64,000 nucleotides of DNA, from assembly GCF_018977255.1 (NCBI RefSeq), contig NW_024704766.1:4960001-5024000 (forward strand), in the 5' to 3' direction. This DNA comes from Callorhinchus milii (Eukaryota). Shown here one piece after another: positions 23,261 through 36,231 of the stretch (within the stretch, counting starts at the first letter, position 1; each line of letters begins with the position of its first letter). The position numbers were made by a program, and so were the translations under genes. The notes beneath the pieces were generated by a model. The model searched no databases and was not told where the DNA came from. It saw nothing but the letters and a program-made list of their open reading frames with translations.

Positions 23261-25223
23261 TCGGGTTCGATTCAAGGGCAATGCGAAACCATAGACAAAT
23301 TTCCTTACTCCACACGGCTCCATTTGCCTAGCAGGAAGCAGGAACCCGGTTGTTAGTCGATTGGTGGATCGCTTTTTCCTTCAAAATTAAAAAAAATCAT
23401 AATTTGGTCACCCAAACCGCGACTGTGTGCAATTGGTTGTCTGCCGCGTTTCACCCAGAAAATGTTACAGTCAGTTTATTTTTACAGTATATTCTCTGAA
23501 GCACTTTGAGAAGTCTCCCAGGCGCGATAAGGCGCCGTATCAAATGCAAGGATTGTTATTATTGTCATTACAGATGTAATTTTGATTTGCTGTTGTTGAG
23601 ACGAGGTGGAATATCGAGACTCTGGCTTGGGAGTGGTGGTGGGAGGGGAAAATTTAAATAACTATATAACATATAACTGTACATAATACAACACGTTGTT
23701 ATAACTAATTGTCATTGGCCACCTTGTCTATGTGTTAAAAATATCCAGACATGATATCCAACACCCAGAGCTTGGGAAAAGTTTCTGGTTAAACTTGTTT
23801 CCTAACCAATAGCCCAACCCAAAACATACGAGCCCTCATTGACACACAGCAACATAGTGCAGCACAACACAACAGAACACACCCAGACTCAGGCTCTCCA
23901 CAAAGGTATCTCTCACACAATCAATACTTAAGTTTCAGTAAAAAAAAACTTCCTGAATTCTTTGTGAAACATCAGGTGTGAAGTGAGGTGAAGCGAATTC
24001 CCGTTGCTGTTTCCTCTCAAACACCTTCTGCCTTTGTATATGCACAAGAATACACTGTTCGGGCTGAGATGAATTCGATGCCGGTATGTATAGCAGAATT
24101 TGCTGTTTCTTAAATAGTTTTTGTCGTGATAAGCTTGTGATCGGAGATGGGTTCGGTTCTGTTGTTTCGCTGAATGTCTAAAAGACGATTTAACTACAAA
24201 TAAAAAGGTTCTCTCACTTCCTCTAAGGAAAGGGTATAGTGAGCCAGAGGAACACTGTGCTGTGTTGTTGAGATTTTGTCCTTTGGAAAACACAGTACAT
24301 TAAACAAAGTCCTGAATGTCCGATGAGCTTAATGATGGACTGACACTAATTGGAAAAGAAAGCAGTAACGATCCTCGAGATAAATTAATCATTCACCTCC
24401 CAGGTGGGTGTGAGTATTTGCTATGCACAGAGTGCTATGTTTGCCTAAAAATAAGTTACTGTTTAAGCAATAAGAACTGTAACGCACTTTGAGATACTTT
24501 GGTCGATAGGTGCCCCAAAAATGCGAGTTATTATGTCTCCCCTGGCAGTTTATACAATTTACTTTTTTAAAAATGCGGTCACTCGGTCCATCAGTGTTTG
24601 TGGGACACTCCCGTGAGCCATCGACTGCCACGTTTCGCCCACAAAATGCACAGTCACTGCACTTTGCAGTACGTTCTGCCAAGCGCATTGAGGCATCTCA
24701 ACGACATGATACGACGCTTACATCAAATGCAAAGATGATTGTACATTACCACAACAGAATTTAACAGTTCGATTGTGTCTCTGCTCTTAAAATTAGTGGC
24801 CACGTCAAGACCGAATGTCTAAATGATAATTACTCTTTTAACCCGGCGTGGAGGGCGCTATATAAATCCAAGTTGTTGCTGTTGTTGTTAACCACGATTA
24901 ACCACGAGGCGCTCTACAGGGCTGAGTCTCGCTGCGGGTGTAGGCATAACATTCACAGTACAGCTATGGAGCCCTTTGGAAGGTCCCTGCGCCTGAGCCG
25001 GAGAGCTGAATGGAGTCAGTGAGCGCTGTAGGACAGTCTTTGTAGTTAGGTTGAAAGCGAAGCTGGGTGTTGCAGTTTTATAATGATTTGACCCAAATTA
25101 ATGACTTGAAAACGAGGGTGTTGCAGAGAAATTTAGGAACAAAGAGGGCTCTATGGCCAGACAAACCCCCTGCTCATCACATCATAGGATTATGATTGAT
25201 TTAAAGAGCTATTGGATTTATTG

Positions 25224-25232
25224 ATGAACGGG
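25224..25232 (+). CDS. Candidate first coding micro-exon of TMPRSS13 (MNG)
   Basis: ATG AAC GGG|GTGAGT is a phase-0 donor that joins the phase-0 exon at 28670 (N-V-Y), similar to human MERDSHG|N. Chosen on phase and donor quality only. Confidence 0.35.
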
Positions 25233-25799
25233 GTGAGTTTCTACCTGCTATACGCTTCAGAAACCTGTCCTCACTCACAGGCTATGATGAGGAAACAATT
25301 TAATTAAGTGCTCTCATTGTTCCTTCCAAACTTGCTTCCTCTTCCAACCCCTACGGACACTTTGGTTACACAAACCCCAGTAACCTGTGTAAGATGACAA
25401 GTTGTAGAGAGGCTATAAAGGGAGTTGGCCAAATTAAGCAGTGACCCCCTCCCCTCCCCCACTGGGGATCTGACCTTAAAAAATTAAGACGAAACCAGTT
25501 AGATGAAAAAAATAATTTAGTCACTCAACGCACGGCTGTTTGTGGGACGCTGCTGTGCGCAATTGGCTGTCACGTTTCGCCCACAAATATGCAGTTAGTT
25601 CACTTTACAGAATATTATATGAAGTGCTTTGAGAAGTCTCGAAAACGTGACAAGGCGCTGTATCGAAAGGGTTATTATTATATTATACATTATTTTCTAT
25701 AGTGGTTCCAGGATTACTACACCTTTACCTGTTCTCAGCCGCCCAAAACCACCAGCAAATTTGAGACGTGCATTGATTTCCGAAATTGATTTGTAAATG

Positions 25800-26360
25800 A
25801 CAGAACATAGGAACAGGAGGAGGCCATTCAGCCCCTCGATCCTGCTCTGCCATTCAATAAGTTCTGTACCTCAACTCCAATCAACTACCTTTGCCCCATA
25901 TCCCAGTCTTGAAGATGTGAATGGATCCGGTGTCTACAGCCTTTTAAGGGAGGGAGAGAGTTCCAGATTTTCATACTATACATAATCCACAGCATTTTGG
26001 GGGAGGGCGAGAGTTCCAGATCCCCACTACCCTTTGGGTGAAAAACTGCCTCCTGATTTCACTCCTAAATAGCCCGGCTCTAATTTTAAGATGCTGCCCC
26101 CCCGCCTTGTTCACCCCAACCTTCCCCCCACCCCATCCCACCCACCCACCCACCAGAGGAAATAGTTTCTCTGTATCTCCCCTATCGAATCCCTTTATTA
26201 TTTTTAAAAAAACTCAATCAGGTCACCTTCTCCACCTTCTGAGCTGAAGGGAACACGGACCAAGTTTATACAGCCTGTCCTCGTAATTTAACCCTTTAAG
26301 CCCCGGTATCATTCTGATGAATTTGCGCTGCACCCCCTCCAGAGCAAATTGTATCCTTCC
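25800..26360 (-). mobile_element. Degenerate CR1 3' fragment
   Basis: ALEGVQRKFIRMIPGLKGLNYEDRL and FFTQRVVGIWNS motifs. Confidence 0.8.
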
Positions 26361-26549
26361 TGAGGGTGTATTCAGCACCGTACAATAACACTGACTGTAC
26401 ATACTTGAACAGCCAAAGCAATGAATTAAATACAAAAGAAGTTTCACAATTGAGGTTCAGATAAATATGTGAAAAAGGAGAGGACGTAAAGGGTTGGGTG
26501 ATTCTACACAATCGCATGAGTCACTGCCAGCATCATTGATGTTCTTTTT

Positions 26550-26800
26550 TTGGTCAGCCGGGTGCCTGACTCACCACTCAGAAATTGTGCTTAAAGAGTC
26601 TCCAAACCAATTTCCGGTTTGTTGCAGAGCGTGCGTTGGGGTAACTGCTGGAGTCCAACCAGCTAAACCCGTATAGCTTGCCATTGATAACGCTGTCTGG
26701 GAAAGCTTTCCCGCTGCTTGTCCAGCTGGGATTATGCTGTCTGTTAGGGCTATGGCTGAAGGAGCCAAGTGGCAGGATTCCTTGTCCCCAGTGACTGGGG
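26550..26800 (+). repeat. Unclassified dispersed repeat, copy B
   Basis: Shares CAGAGCGTGCGTTGGGGTAACTGCTGGAGTC...AGCTTGCCATTGATA...AAGCTTTCCCGCTGCTT with copy A. Confidence 0.75.
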
Positions 26801-27224
26801 AGAGTGACGCATTGGAAATGAATGTAACTTCAACATCCTTTGCATTGGGATTCCTGTTCGCCGAGTGTTTCTAAAAGCACCACATCATCGACAGTTTCTA
26901 TGATTGCACAAAAAAAAGTAACAGACAGATCTCACCATGGATGTGGGGCAAACTTATAATAATAATAATAATAATCCTTGCATTTGATATAGCGCCTTAT
27001 CGCGTCTTCGAGACGCCTCAAAGGACTTCACAGGATATACTGTAAAGTGAATTGACTGTATATTTTGTGTATATATAGTATATATAACTATTTATATATA
27101 TATATTTATTTCCCAATGCTGGTTTGTCCAGCATGACAAAGCAATCATGACGAACATTGGTTAACACCCACATCAGGATCTGAGCTCACAGTCTTGGCTG
27201 GCGCAGTGCCATTTTGAGAGAACT

Positions 27225-27425
27225 CTGCATTATCGGAGGTGCCATCCTTCAGATAAGACGTTAAGCCGAATTCCTACCGTATTTATAGTAAAGGTCCCGA
27301 CACTATTGGAAAAGAGAAGGAATTTTTCCCTGTTGTCCTGGTCACCAATCCCTCCGATAACACTTGTATTCCTCTCTCCGCTGTTCGAAGGAACTTGCCA
27401 CCTGCAAAACGGCTGCTGGATTTGC
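27225..27425 (+). mobile_element. Old Deu-domain SINE fragment
   Basis: TCGGAGGTGCCATCCTTCAGATAAGACGTTAAGCCG...CACTATTGGAAAAGAG...TGTCCTGG resembles the Deu core; similar pieces near 48232, 53730, 54780 and 62010. Confidence 0.6.
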
Positions 27426-27431
27426 CTACAA

Positions 27432-27759
27432 AATAATAATAATAATAATAATCCTTGCATTTGATATAGCGCTTTTCACGTCGGGAGGAACGTCCCAAAG
27501 CGCTTCACAGAACACACTGTAAAGTGAATTGACTGTATATTTGTGGGCGAACGCGGCAGCCAATTGCGCACAGCAATGTCCCACAAACAGTCGTAGATTG
27601 AAAATGACCAATTTATTATTGTTTTCGGTTTTGGAGGGATTATTATTAGGCTCTGTGTGGAGTGAGGAAACTCGCCCAAGGTTTCGCCCTCTGCCGGGAA
27701 TTGAACTCAGGTGTCTCGCTTGCAAAGCAAGTGCTCTAACCACTGAGCTACAGGACTCC
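27432..27759 (-). mobile_element. tRNA-derived SINE, young subfamily
   Basis: Near-identical to 19585-19906. Confidence 0.9.
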
Positions 27760-28669
27760 ACGTATTTTACAAATACTGCGCGTTGTCAAAAGCATTTGTA
27801 AAATATTGAATTGTAAAGTGTTTTGAGTCGATTTGACTAGACCTGGCCTGATGGCACAGCGCCCTCCTATGGTTCAGAACGACTTTCTGCTTCACGATTT
27901 CCTCTCAAGAAACGTGATGACATTAATGTTTTGCCCATTGCTCTGCTCTGCACTGACCCAAAGACGTTATACGAGGACCAGAGTTTGTGCATTGGCCCAA
28001 CCAAGTAATAGCAAAATCTTCGAGGAGGGCAGTAACCCAGCTTTCCAGCCAGGGCCCAACTTTGCTCTGGGGTTAAAAAAAAAGCAATTTGATATCATAA
28101 CTGAAATGACTCACCGAGATTTCAGCAATGATCCAAGGATGAAGTAAGTCTTCCCGTCAAGGTCTTGGAGCTCATAGACTGAGCATCACACAAACAACAG
28201 TTTAGTTCTATGGTTTCCACAGAGAAACTATGTCCTCTCGTGGGTGGGGCGATTCCAGAACAAGGGGAGCTTCATCCTAAAATTAAAGCCAGGCCATTTA
28301 GGAGTTAAGTCAGGAGGCAGTTTTTCACCCAAAAGTGAGTGAAATCTGTAACTCTTTCCTTCCCAGAAAAAGGCTGTGGATTATGGCCGAATCCATTCAC
28401 ATTTTCAAGACTGAGGTGGATAGGTGTTTTGTTAGGTCAGGGCATCAATTGATACGGGGCAACTGGAGATGAGGTATAGATCAGCTATGATCTAATAGAA
28501 TGGCTCAAGGGGCTGAATGGCCTCCTCCTGTTCCTAAATTGTACGTTTCATTCATCACTTCCACAGTAACAAGTGCTTTGAATATTTGTTGGGGGTGGGG
28601 TTGGGGCGGGCAGAGGCAGTTCAAAACAATTTTCTAAAAGAATGATTCCCAATCTGTGTTGTGTTGCAG

Positions 28670-31600
28670 AATGTTTATCCTCAAACGGATTTCAGAGAGA
28701 ATCCACCGCCATACTCCGCTGTGCAGCCTGGCGATCTACCATCTTACACCAGCATTCAGAACCCACCGCCCCCTTACACAAGTTCACCACCACGTTCCCA
28801 TTATCCAACTGCACCCCCGACGTCTGGGAACCCACCTGGGGAATATCAGCCCTATTACATACCTGTGTCTGTCCCAGTTACGTCTTCGACAGCAGTGACC
28901 CATGCTGCAGGTTGGTTTATAGTCTGTGTTTGTGTGTGTGTAGCTGTCTACTGCGGTAAAGGATTGACGTGCGGGAGTGGGGGGGGGGGGGGGGGGGGTT
29001 GTGGGGATGGGTGTTAAAAAAAAAGAGATATTAGAGGTATATTGAGTCCTGTAGCTCAGTGGTTAGACCACTGACCTCGCAAGCGAGAGACCTGGGTTCA
29101 ATTCCCGAGTAGGGCGAAAGGTTTACCCAGCAGTAAGCAGGAACCCGGTTGTTAGTCGATTAGCGAACCGGGTAGGGGGGAATAAAATAAAACAAAATAA
29201 TAATAACTTGGTCACTCGATCCACAACTGTTTGTGGGACACCGCTGTGTACAATTGGATACGGCCCTGAATCAAATGTGAGGAATTATTCTTGTGATAAT
29301 AGATGCTTTGAATGAGAGCTAAAGGTTATTTCTTATCTGTGGATGTTTAACATGACCCATGTCTTCTCCTCAGTCAGACCCTGCAAGCATTTCTCCTGCT
29401 CACGAAAGAGGAGGTGTATGGGATGGGGCAGCTCTACGAGCCTGGTCTTCGGTCTGGTAGCCGTTGGCATTTGGCTTATATGTAAGTAATGCTTTGACAG
29501 TGACCTGGGATCTCAGCACCCTGGTACTCTGGTTCCTTTTAATCCTTGCTTCCTTCCTTGCATTTGACGCAGCGCATTATCACGTCTTCGAGACGTCTCA
29601 AAGCGCTTCACAGAATATACTGCCAAGTGAATTGACTGTATATTTGTGGGCGAAACGCGGCAGTCGATTGCGCACAGCAGCGTCCTCCACAAACAGCCGT
29701 GGGATTGAAGTGACCAATTTATTATAATTTTTTTTTTCTTGAGGGATTATAATCAGGCGTGTGGAACAAGGAAACTTACCCAAGGTTTTGCCCTGACTGG
29801 AATCGAACCCAGGTCTCTCACTTGCGAGGCGAGTGCTCTAACCACTGAGCTACAGGACTCCAGTTTTAATCTTCAGGAATTACCTCACTTCCTACTTCAC
29901 ACCCTTTTGTTCCACCAAATGCAAATTTCCCAATCGTCTTCCATCTGCGCTGGTCACAGATTGAACNNNNNNNNNNNNNNNNNNNNNNNNNNNNNNNNNN
30001 NNNNNNNNNNNNNNNNNNNNNNNNNNNNNNNNNNNNNNNNNNNNNNNNNNNNNNNNNNNNNNNNNNNNNNNNNNNNNNNNNNNNNNNNNNNNNNNNNNNN
30101 NNNNNNNNNNNNNNNNNNNNNNNNNNNNNNNNNNNNNNNNNNNNNNNNNNNNNNNNNNNNNNNNNNNNNNNNNNNNNNNNNNNNNNNNNNNNNNNNNNNN
30201 NNNNNNNNNNNNNNNNNNNNNNNNNNNNNNNNNNNNNNNNNNNNNNNNNNNGACTGTTCTTGCGCGATTCATTGAATGACGAGTGGGTGACTGATAGATT
30301 GACAGGTGATCGATATGTGCAATAGTTACTCTATTGTACTTTAATAAAAGTAGAGTTTTTAGCAGTTTTGAAAGTGCATAATTCCAAAGACGGGAACGAT
30401 CTCCTTAAAGCTCACAGCTCGATCACATGGACCGTACCCTGAATGAATTTTAAGCACTCTGAGAAGTTACCCTGCCTTCTCTTCAACCGTGCCTTCAGCT
30501 CCCCTCTTGACTCTCTACCCCCTCCTCGCTCCCTCCCTTCCCTCCCCTCACCCTGACTATTTCCCCCCCTCCTCGCTCCCTCCCTTCCCTCCCCTCACCC
30601 TGACCATTTCCCCCCTGCTCGTGTCCTGACCCAACTGTCCAGCGCCTTGGGACGTCCTCCCGACGTGAAAGGCGCTCTATAAATGCAATCATGTTGTTGT
30701 TGTTGCCTGGTGGGCGCTATATAAGCGCAAGTTGTTGGCGTTGCTGAATAGGGAGAGAGGAGAGAGAGAGAGGGTCAGCAGCCAGAGCTGAGGGTGAAAT
30801 TCTCACCGTGCTCCATGTCCAGCAAACCAATGTGCTCTTACCTTCTTCCCACAGACACTTATGTTGACTTCAGCCCAAGTTCCGAGCCACAATGTCCATC
30901 CGAATTCGTTCATTGTGATGGGAAATCCGAATGCTCGGATAGAAGCGATGAATTTGGATGTGGTGAGATTTCTCAACTAATATTTAGTCATCACATTATT
31001 GTCTTGTTTATTATTTGGGGGGGGGTTGTCTCTTTTGCTCCTGTTGGTACTGACTTTACCAGACATATCGTCTGGTATGATTGACAATGACAACAGGAAA
31101 TGACATTTACACGGCGTCTTTCACATCGGGAGGATGTCCAGAGCCAGTCAGGGATTTGGACCCGAGCTGGGGGTTGGGATCAGGAGGGGGTGGAGGGCGG
31201 GGAGGGTGGGAGTAGGAGTGTGACCAAAGGCGCGGGCGAAGAGAGGGTCTTGAGACGTTCCTTGAAGGAGGCCAGGGAGGGAGTGAAGTGAAGGGACTAT
31301 GGGATAGAGTTCGAAAGCGCGTCCACTGATGGTGGTACTGAGGGCCCGAGGTACAATCAGGAGGCCGGTGCCAGTCTTGCGGAGGCCGGGGGTAGTGGGT
31401 TAGGGAGAAAGCAGGTCGGAGAGGTAGGGAGGGGAGGTGCCAGGGCTAGTGGTGGACTAATTGTTCTATTGCTTGGTTCACAGTGCGATTCAAAAAGACT
31501 ACCAACGAGCTAGAGGTGTTCTCGTGGAAAACGAACAGCTGGCTGCCCGTGTGTTACAGCGGCTGGAGCAACGATCTGGCAAGCACAACCTGCCAGCAAT

Positions 31601-34600
31601 TAGGGTTCACTGGGTACATGCTGGGGGGGGAAAGGGGTGAGGGGAGGGGAGAGGGGTGGGGGGGGCAGGGAAATAAACACTGAAGCGCTTTATCGCATCG
31701 TTAAGACATCCCAAATTGGTTCTGATCAGCGAATGACGGGCACTTTTACAACTGGTAAAATCGTACTTGAACGTTACGTAAAGTAACTGATAATAACTTG
31801 ATATAGCACCTTATCAGGTCGTCGAGGCATGAAAGGCGCTGCGTAAGTGGCAATAGTTGTTGTGGTGGTTGTTGTTGTTGTTGTTGACGTCTGAGCCTCT
31901 GAGCGTAATGATGTTGTGTGACATTTTTCAGATATTTCCAATCGAGCAAAATTAGCAGCAACCAAATCTCAACCCTGACGGTCAACTCCACAGCAAAGCC
32001 AGGAAGTAATATCCAAACCATACTAAGCAGTGGGTAAGTTTATGACACCCCTGTGGTGAGTGGGCAGGCGGGTGGGTGTGAGGGAGTCCCACAAACAGTG
32101 ATCTCTCTCTCCTGCAGTAACATCTTCATGTGGACCGGTCCATTCCCTCTGCCTCACCATTCGACAGCCTCCCTGCCCCCACTCTTTGGAACTCCATCTC
32201 ACAAAGTCCCTTCGCCTCGTCCCCTCCCTTGCCTCTTTCAATGCACGTCTCAAGACCCTCCTCTTCAACCTCTTCTTCGGTCACTCTCCCACACCCCCCT
32301 CTCCCCCCCCTCCTCCCTGCCCTCCACCCCCTTCTGATCCCCACACCCAGCTCGGGCCCAATTCCTGACTGTCCAGCACCTTGGGACATTCTTCCGATGT
32401 GAAAGGCGCTGTGTAAATGTCATTTGTTGTTGTTTCCTCCACCAAGTAGAGGCATTTCTGTCTGATGAGGTGCTATAGAAATACAAACTCGTGCTTTCCA
32501 GTCACCGACTGACTGACTGAGCTGTGATGCTCTGTGTTTGTGTTTCAGGGACCAATGTGCCAGCAGAGAGGTTGTTGGACTCAAGTGCATCGGTGAGTTT
32601 CACCCACGTCCCAGCCTGGTCTGGTGTCGGTTATCATGCCTAGTAATAATAATAATAATCCTTGCTTTTGATGTCGCGCCTTATCACGTCTTCGAGACGT
32701 CTCAAAGCCCTCCACAGAATATACTGTGCAGTGAATTGACTGTATATTTTGTGGGCGAGACACGGGAGCCAATTGCGCACAGCAGCGTCCCCACAAACAG
32801 TCATGGATTGAAGTGACCCAACTATTATGTGTGTGTGTGTGTGCGTGTGCGGAGTAAGGAAACTTGCCTAACTTTTCTTGCACTGCCCGGGAATTGAACC
32901 CAGATCTTGTTGCTTGCGAGGTGAGCGCTCTAACCACCGAGTTACAGGACTCTACGAATTCAAAAAGTGGGGGGAAAGGACTTTCCGCTGTGAGGTTGAG
33001 ATATTAACACAAAAAAACCTCTCTCTCTCTCTCTCTCTCCCTCCCTCTCGTTCCCTAGACTGCGGGAAAAGAGTCAATCCATCAGAAAGAATAGTGGGAG
33101 GGACGGCGGCTGAGCTGCAGAAGTGGCCTTGGCAAGTGAGTCTGCACTTTGGCTCCAGCCATGTGTGCGGAGGAACCATCATTGCTCATGACTGGATCCT
33201 CACTGCTGCCCATTGCTTCCTTGGGTAAGTCTGCACCTCTCCATGAGCTGAGATTCCAACTCAAACTACACTGAGAACTGCTGCGTTGAGGGACCATCGG
33301 ATAAGTTCTGGTCTGTAACAAAATACACAGTCACCTCACTTTGAGACGTCTCAACGACGTGATCAGGCGCTACATCAAATGTAAGGGGTTATTATTTTGT
33401 TTTGTGTCACTGGCTGAATCACGTACTAATTCATTAGAAGAAAAACAACAGCATTAATAATAATTTGGTCGCTTCAATCCACGGCTCATCGTGGGGACAC
33501 TGCTGTGGGTGCTTTGGGGTTTGGCCTCAGGTTTGTAACCGTTTTTTTTCTCTCTCCAGCGACACGGCATTGGAACCTTCAAACTGGAAGGTGTACGCTG
33601 GCATTATCTCTCAGAGATTTAAATACAATGGTCAGTTAAGAGATATCAGCCAGATCATCACTCACAAACAGTACAGCAGATCCACCAACGACAATGACAT
33701 GGCTTTGTTAAAGCTGAGTAGACCTCTGACTTTCACAGGTCAGTTCCCCGTGACCAATGTCACCACTATTATCTCTGCCTTGTCTTGGTTTCGCCCACAA
33801 AACGCAGTCAATTCACTTTACAGTACATCCTGTCGTAAGAGCTTTGAGAACACTTCGACGACGCGAAACGGCGCTACATCAAATGCAAGGATTATTATAA
33901 TAGAATGTTTAGGATAATAAGACTTTGCAGCTCAGAGGGTAGTGATATTAGCGATTAATTCAAAACCTCTAGGCTAGTTGAAGCTGAAACAACAGTAAAT
34001 GATATTTACACACTCTTTTCATGTCAGGAGAACGTCCCAAGGCGCTGGACAGTCAGGAATATGGTGTGGACCCGAGCTGGGGGTTGGGATCAGGAGGGGC
34101 AGAGGGGCAGGGAGGGTGGGGGTAGGAGGGTGACCGAAGACGCGGTCGAAGAGGAGGCTCTTGGGATGGGTCTTGAAGGAGGGCAGGGAGGGAGTGAGGT
34201 GTAGGGACTGTGGGATGGACATCCAAAGGGTGAGGGCAGAGAGGCTGAAGGCCTGACCGCCGATACTGGGGCGGGCAGAGTGGATGAACGTGCAGGCCAG
34301 AGCCAGTTGAGTGGAGGGAGCGGACAGGTTGATATGGAAGGATGCAAGGATTATTATTAATACTATTATTATTCCCTGTAGATAGAGTACAGCCTGCCTG
34401 TCTGCCAGCCTATAACCAGCAGTTCCCAGAAAACAGCAGGTGTTGGACAACCGGATTCGGACACCTGCAAGATGGTGCCTGTAAGTAGCTCTGTCTGACG
34501 AATGTATAGCACATCAGAGTCTCACTCCACCCTCTGGAGATCAGAACGTTACACTATGGACAGGGGCCATTCAGGATATCTCCGTGCTGATGTCCCCAAC

Positions 34601-36231
34601 CTCCTCCACCGCCCCGCAGCCCCAACCCCACCCCCACACAGACCTGACCTTAACTCTCGACCCTCTCTGTTTCAGCTTCCATTTCAGAATCGCTCCAGCA
34701 AGTCTCCATTGGGATAATCAGCAGCATTTTATGTAACAGTACAAGAATGTATAATGGAGCCATCACCAAGAGGATGGTGTGCGCAGGCTCGGTAAATGGA
34801 GGTGTGGATTCCTGCCAGGTTAGTGCCACACATGAGACATCGCTCCACACAATCCCATATTCTCCAGGGTATGCCCTCCACCCCTCCTGACCACAACTCG
34901 TAGCTCAGGTCCAAAAACTCCTGATTGTCCAGCACCCTGGGACATCTTTCCAACGCGAAGGCCACCATACAATGTCATTTGTTGTTGTTGTTGTTGTATT
35001 TGCCGGGGAGGAAGGCTTCCATTTGCAAAGAGAGACTTGTGAGAAAGATTGGGCCTTTTTTTTTCCAACAATAAATGACATTTACACGGCGCCTTTCAAG
35101 TCGGGAGGACATCCCAAGGCGCTGAACAGTCAGGGATTTGGATCTGAGCTGTGGGTTGGGATTAGAGAGGGGTGTAGGGCGGGGAGGGAGATTGGAGATA
35201 GGAGGGTGGCCGAAGACATGGCTGGTCGAAGAGGAGGGTCTTGAGATGGGCTTTGAAGAGGGCAAGGAGGGGCGAGGTGAAGGGACTGCGGGATGGTGTT
35301 CCAAAGGGGAGGTGGGGGAAGAGAGGCTGAAGGTCTGACCGTTGATGGTGGGGAGGGCTGGTCGGGGGACATGAAGCAGGTCGGAGCCCACTGAACAGAG
35401 GGAGCGGACAGTATAGTTCACAGGAACACAATAGTTTGCAATGGAGAGTGTGTGTCCTCAGCTTAGCTCGTCTCAGATCATCGTGTGTTTATAAACCTCA
35501 GGGTGACAGTGGAGGGCCATTGGTGTGTGAAGTGTCGGGGACCTGGTACTTGGCAGGTGTTACCAGCTGGGGCATTGGCTGCGGCCAGAAAAATAAACCA
35601 GGGGTTTATGCTCGAGTGACAGAATTCACCAACTGGATCTACACCCAAATGGAGGTAAGAACGGTGTTGGGAGCGGGAGATGGAGGGGAAATTTGCTGCC
35701 ATATCTTCTGGATTTCTAGAAGTTGGGTGTTATGATTTATAATAAAAGTAATAAGGATATTCCTTGCCTTTGATATAGCACCTTATGCTCCCCCATCCCA
35801 AAAAAAACATTTGGTCACTCAACCTACGACTGTTGTGGGACGCAGCTGTGCTTAAATGGCCTCTGCATTTCACACCCAAAATATACAGGCACTACACTTT
35901 ACAGTCTATCCTGCGAAGCGCTTTGAGACGTCTCGAAGACTTGATAAGGCGCTGTATCAAATGTAAGAAATTACTAATATTATCACGTCGTCGCGACGTC
36001 TCAAAGGGCTTCGCAGAATATATTGCAAAGTGGATTTTGCCCGTGGATTTTGTGGGCGAAACGCGGCGTCCAATTGCGCACAGCAGTGTCTCCCACGAAC
36101 AGTCGTGGATTGAGTGACCAAATTTTTGTGGGGGGGAAGCTGGGTGGGGGGGATTTCAATCAAAAGTGCTGTCCGTTGACTTCCCATGCTAAAACCTTGT
36201 CCTTGTTTGTGTTTTATAGGCGAACAGCTAG
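28670..36231 (+). CDS. TMPRSS13: Transmembrane serine protease 13 (type II TTSP: cytoplasmic tail, TM, LDLRA, SRCR, trypsin domain)
   Basis: Phase-consistent exons 28670-28910, 29374-29481, 30855-30962, 31484-31613, 31932-32033, 32549-32592, 33059-33224, 33560-33738, 34382-34480, 34676-34818, 35502-35654, 36220-36231. Activation site R|IVGG, triad TAAHC / DNDMAL / GDSGGP, S1 Asp (DSCQ). Lies directly upstream of FXYD6 as in human. Confidence 0.88.
29555..29861 (-). mobile_element. tRNA-derived SINE
   Basis: Head, body and tail match the family. Confidence 0.85.
29967..30251. other. Assembly gap (285 N) inside a TMPRSS13 intron
   Basis: Run of N; the flanking exons join in phase 1. Confidence 0.99.
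32644..32952 (-). mobile_element. tRNA-derived SINE
   Basis: Family head, body and tail. Confidence 0.85.

Noticed and set aside
18792-24293. ORFs 18792..19235 and 23928..24293 as protein-coding exons
   Set aside because: No recognisable homology or clean splice boundaries; the first runs into a SINE.
26933-28150. Alternative TMPRSS13 start exons (ACCATGG at about 26934; ATGAA|GTAAGT at about 28139)
   Set aside because: The first has a weak donor (GTGGGG); the second is phase 2 and does not fit the phase-0 exon at 28670.
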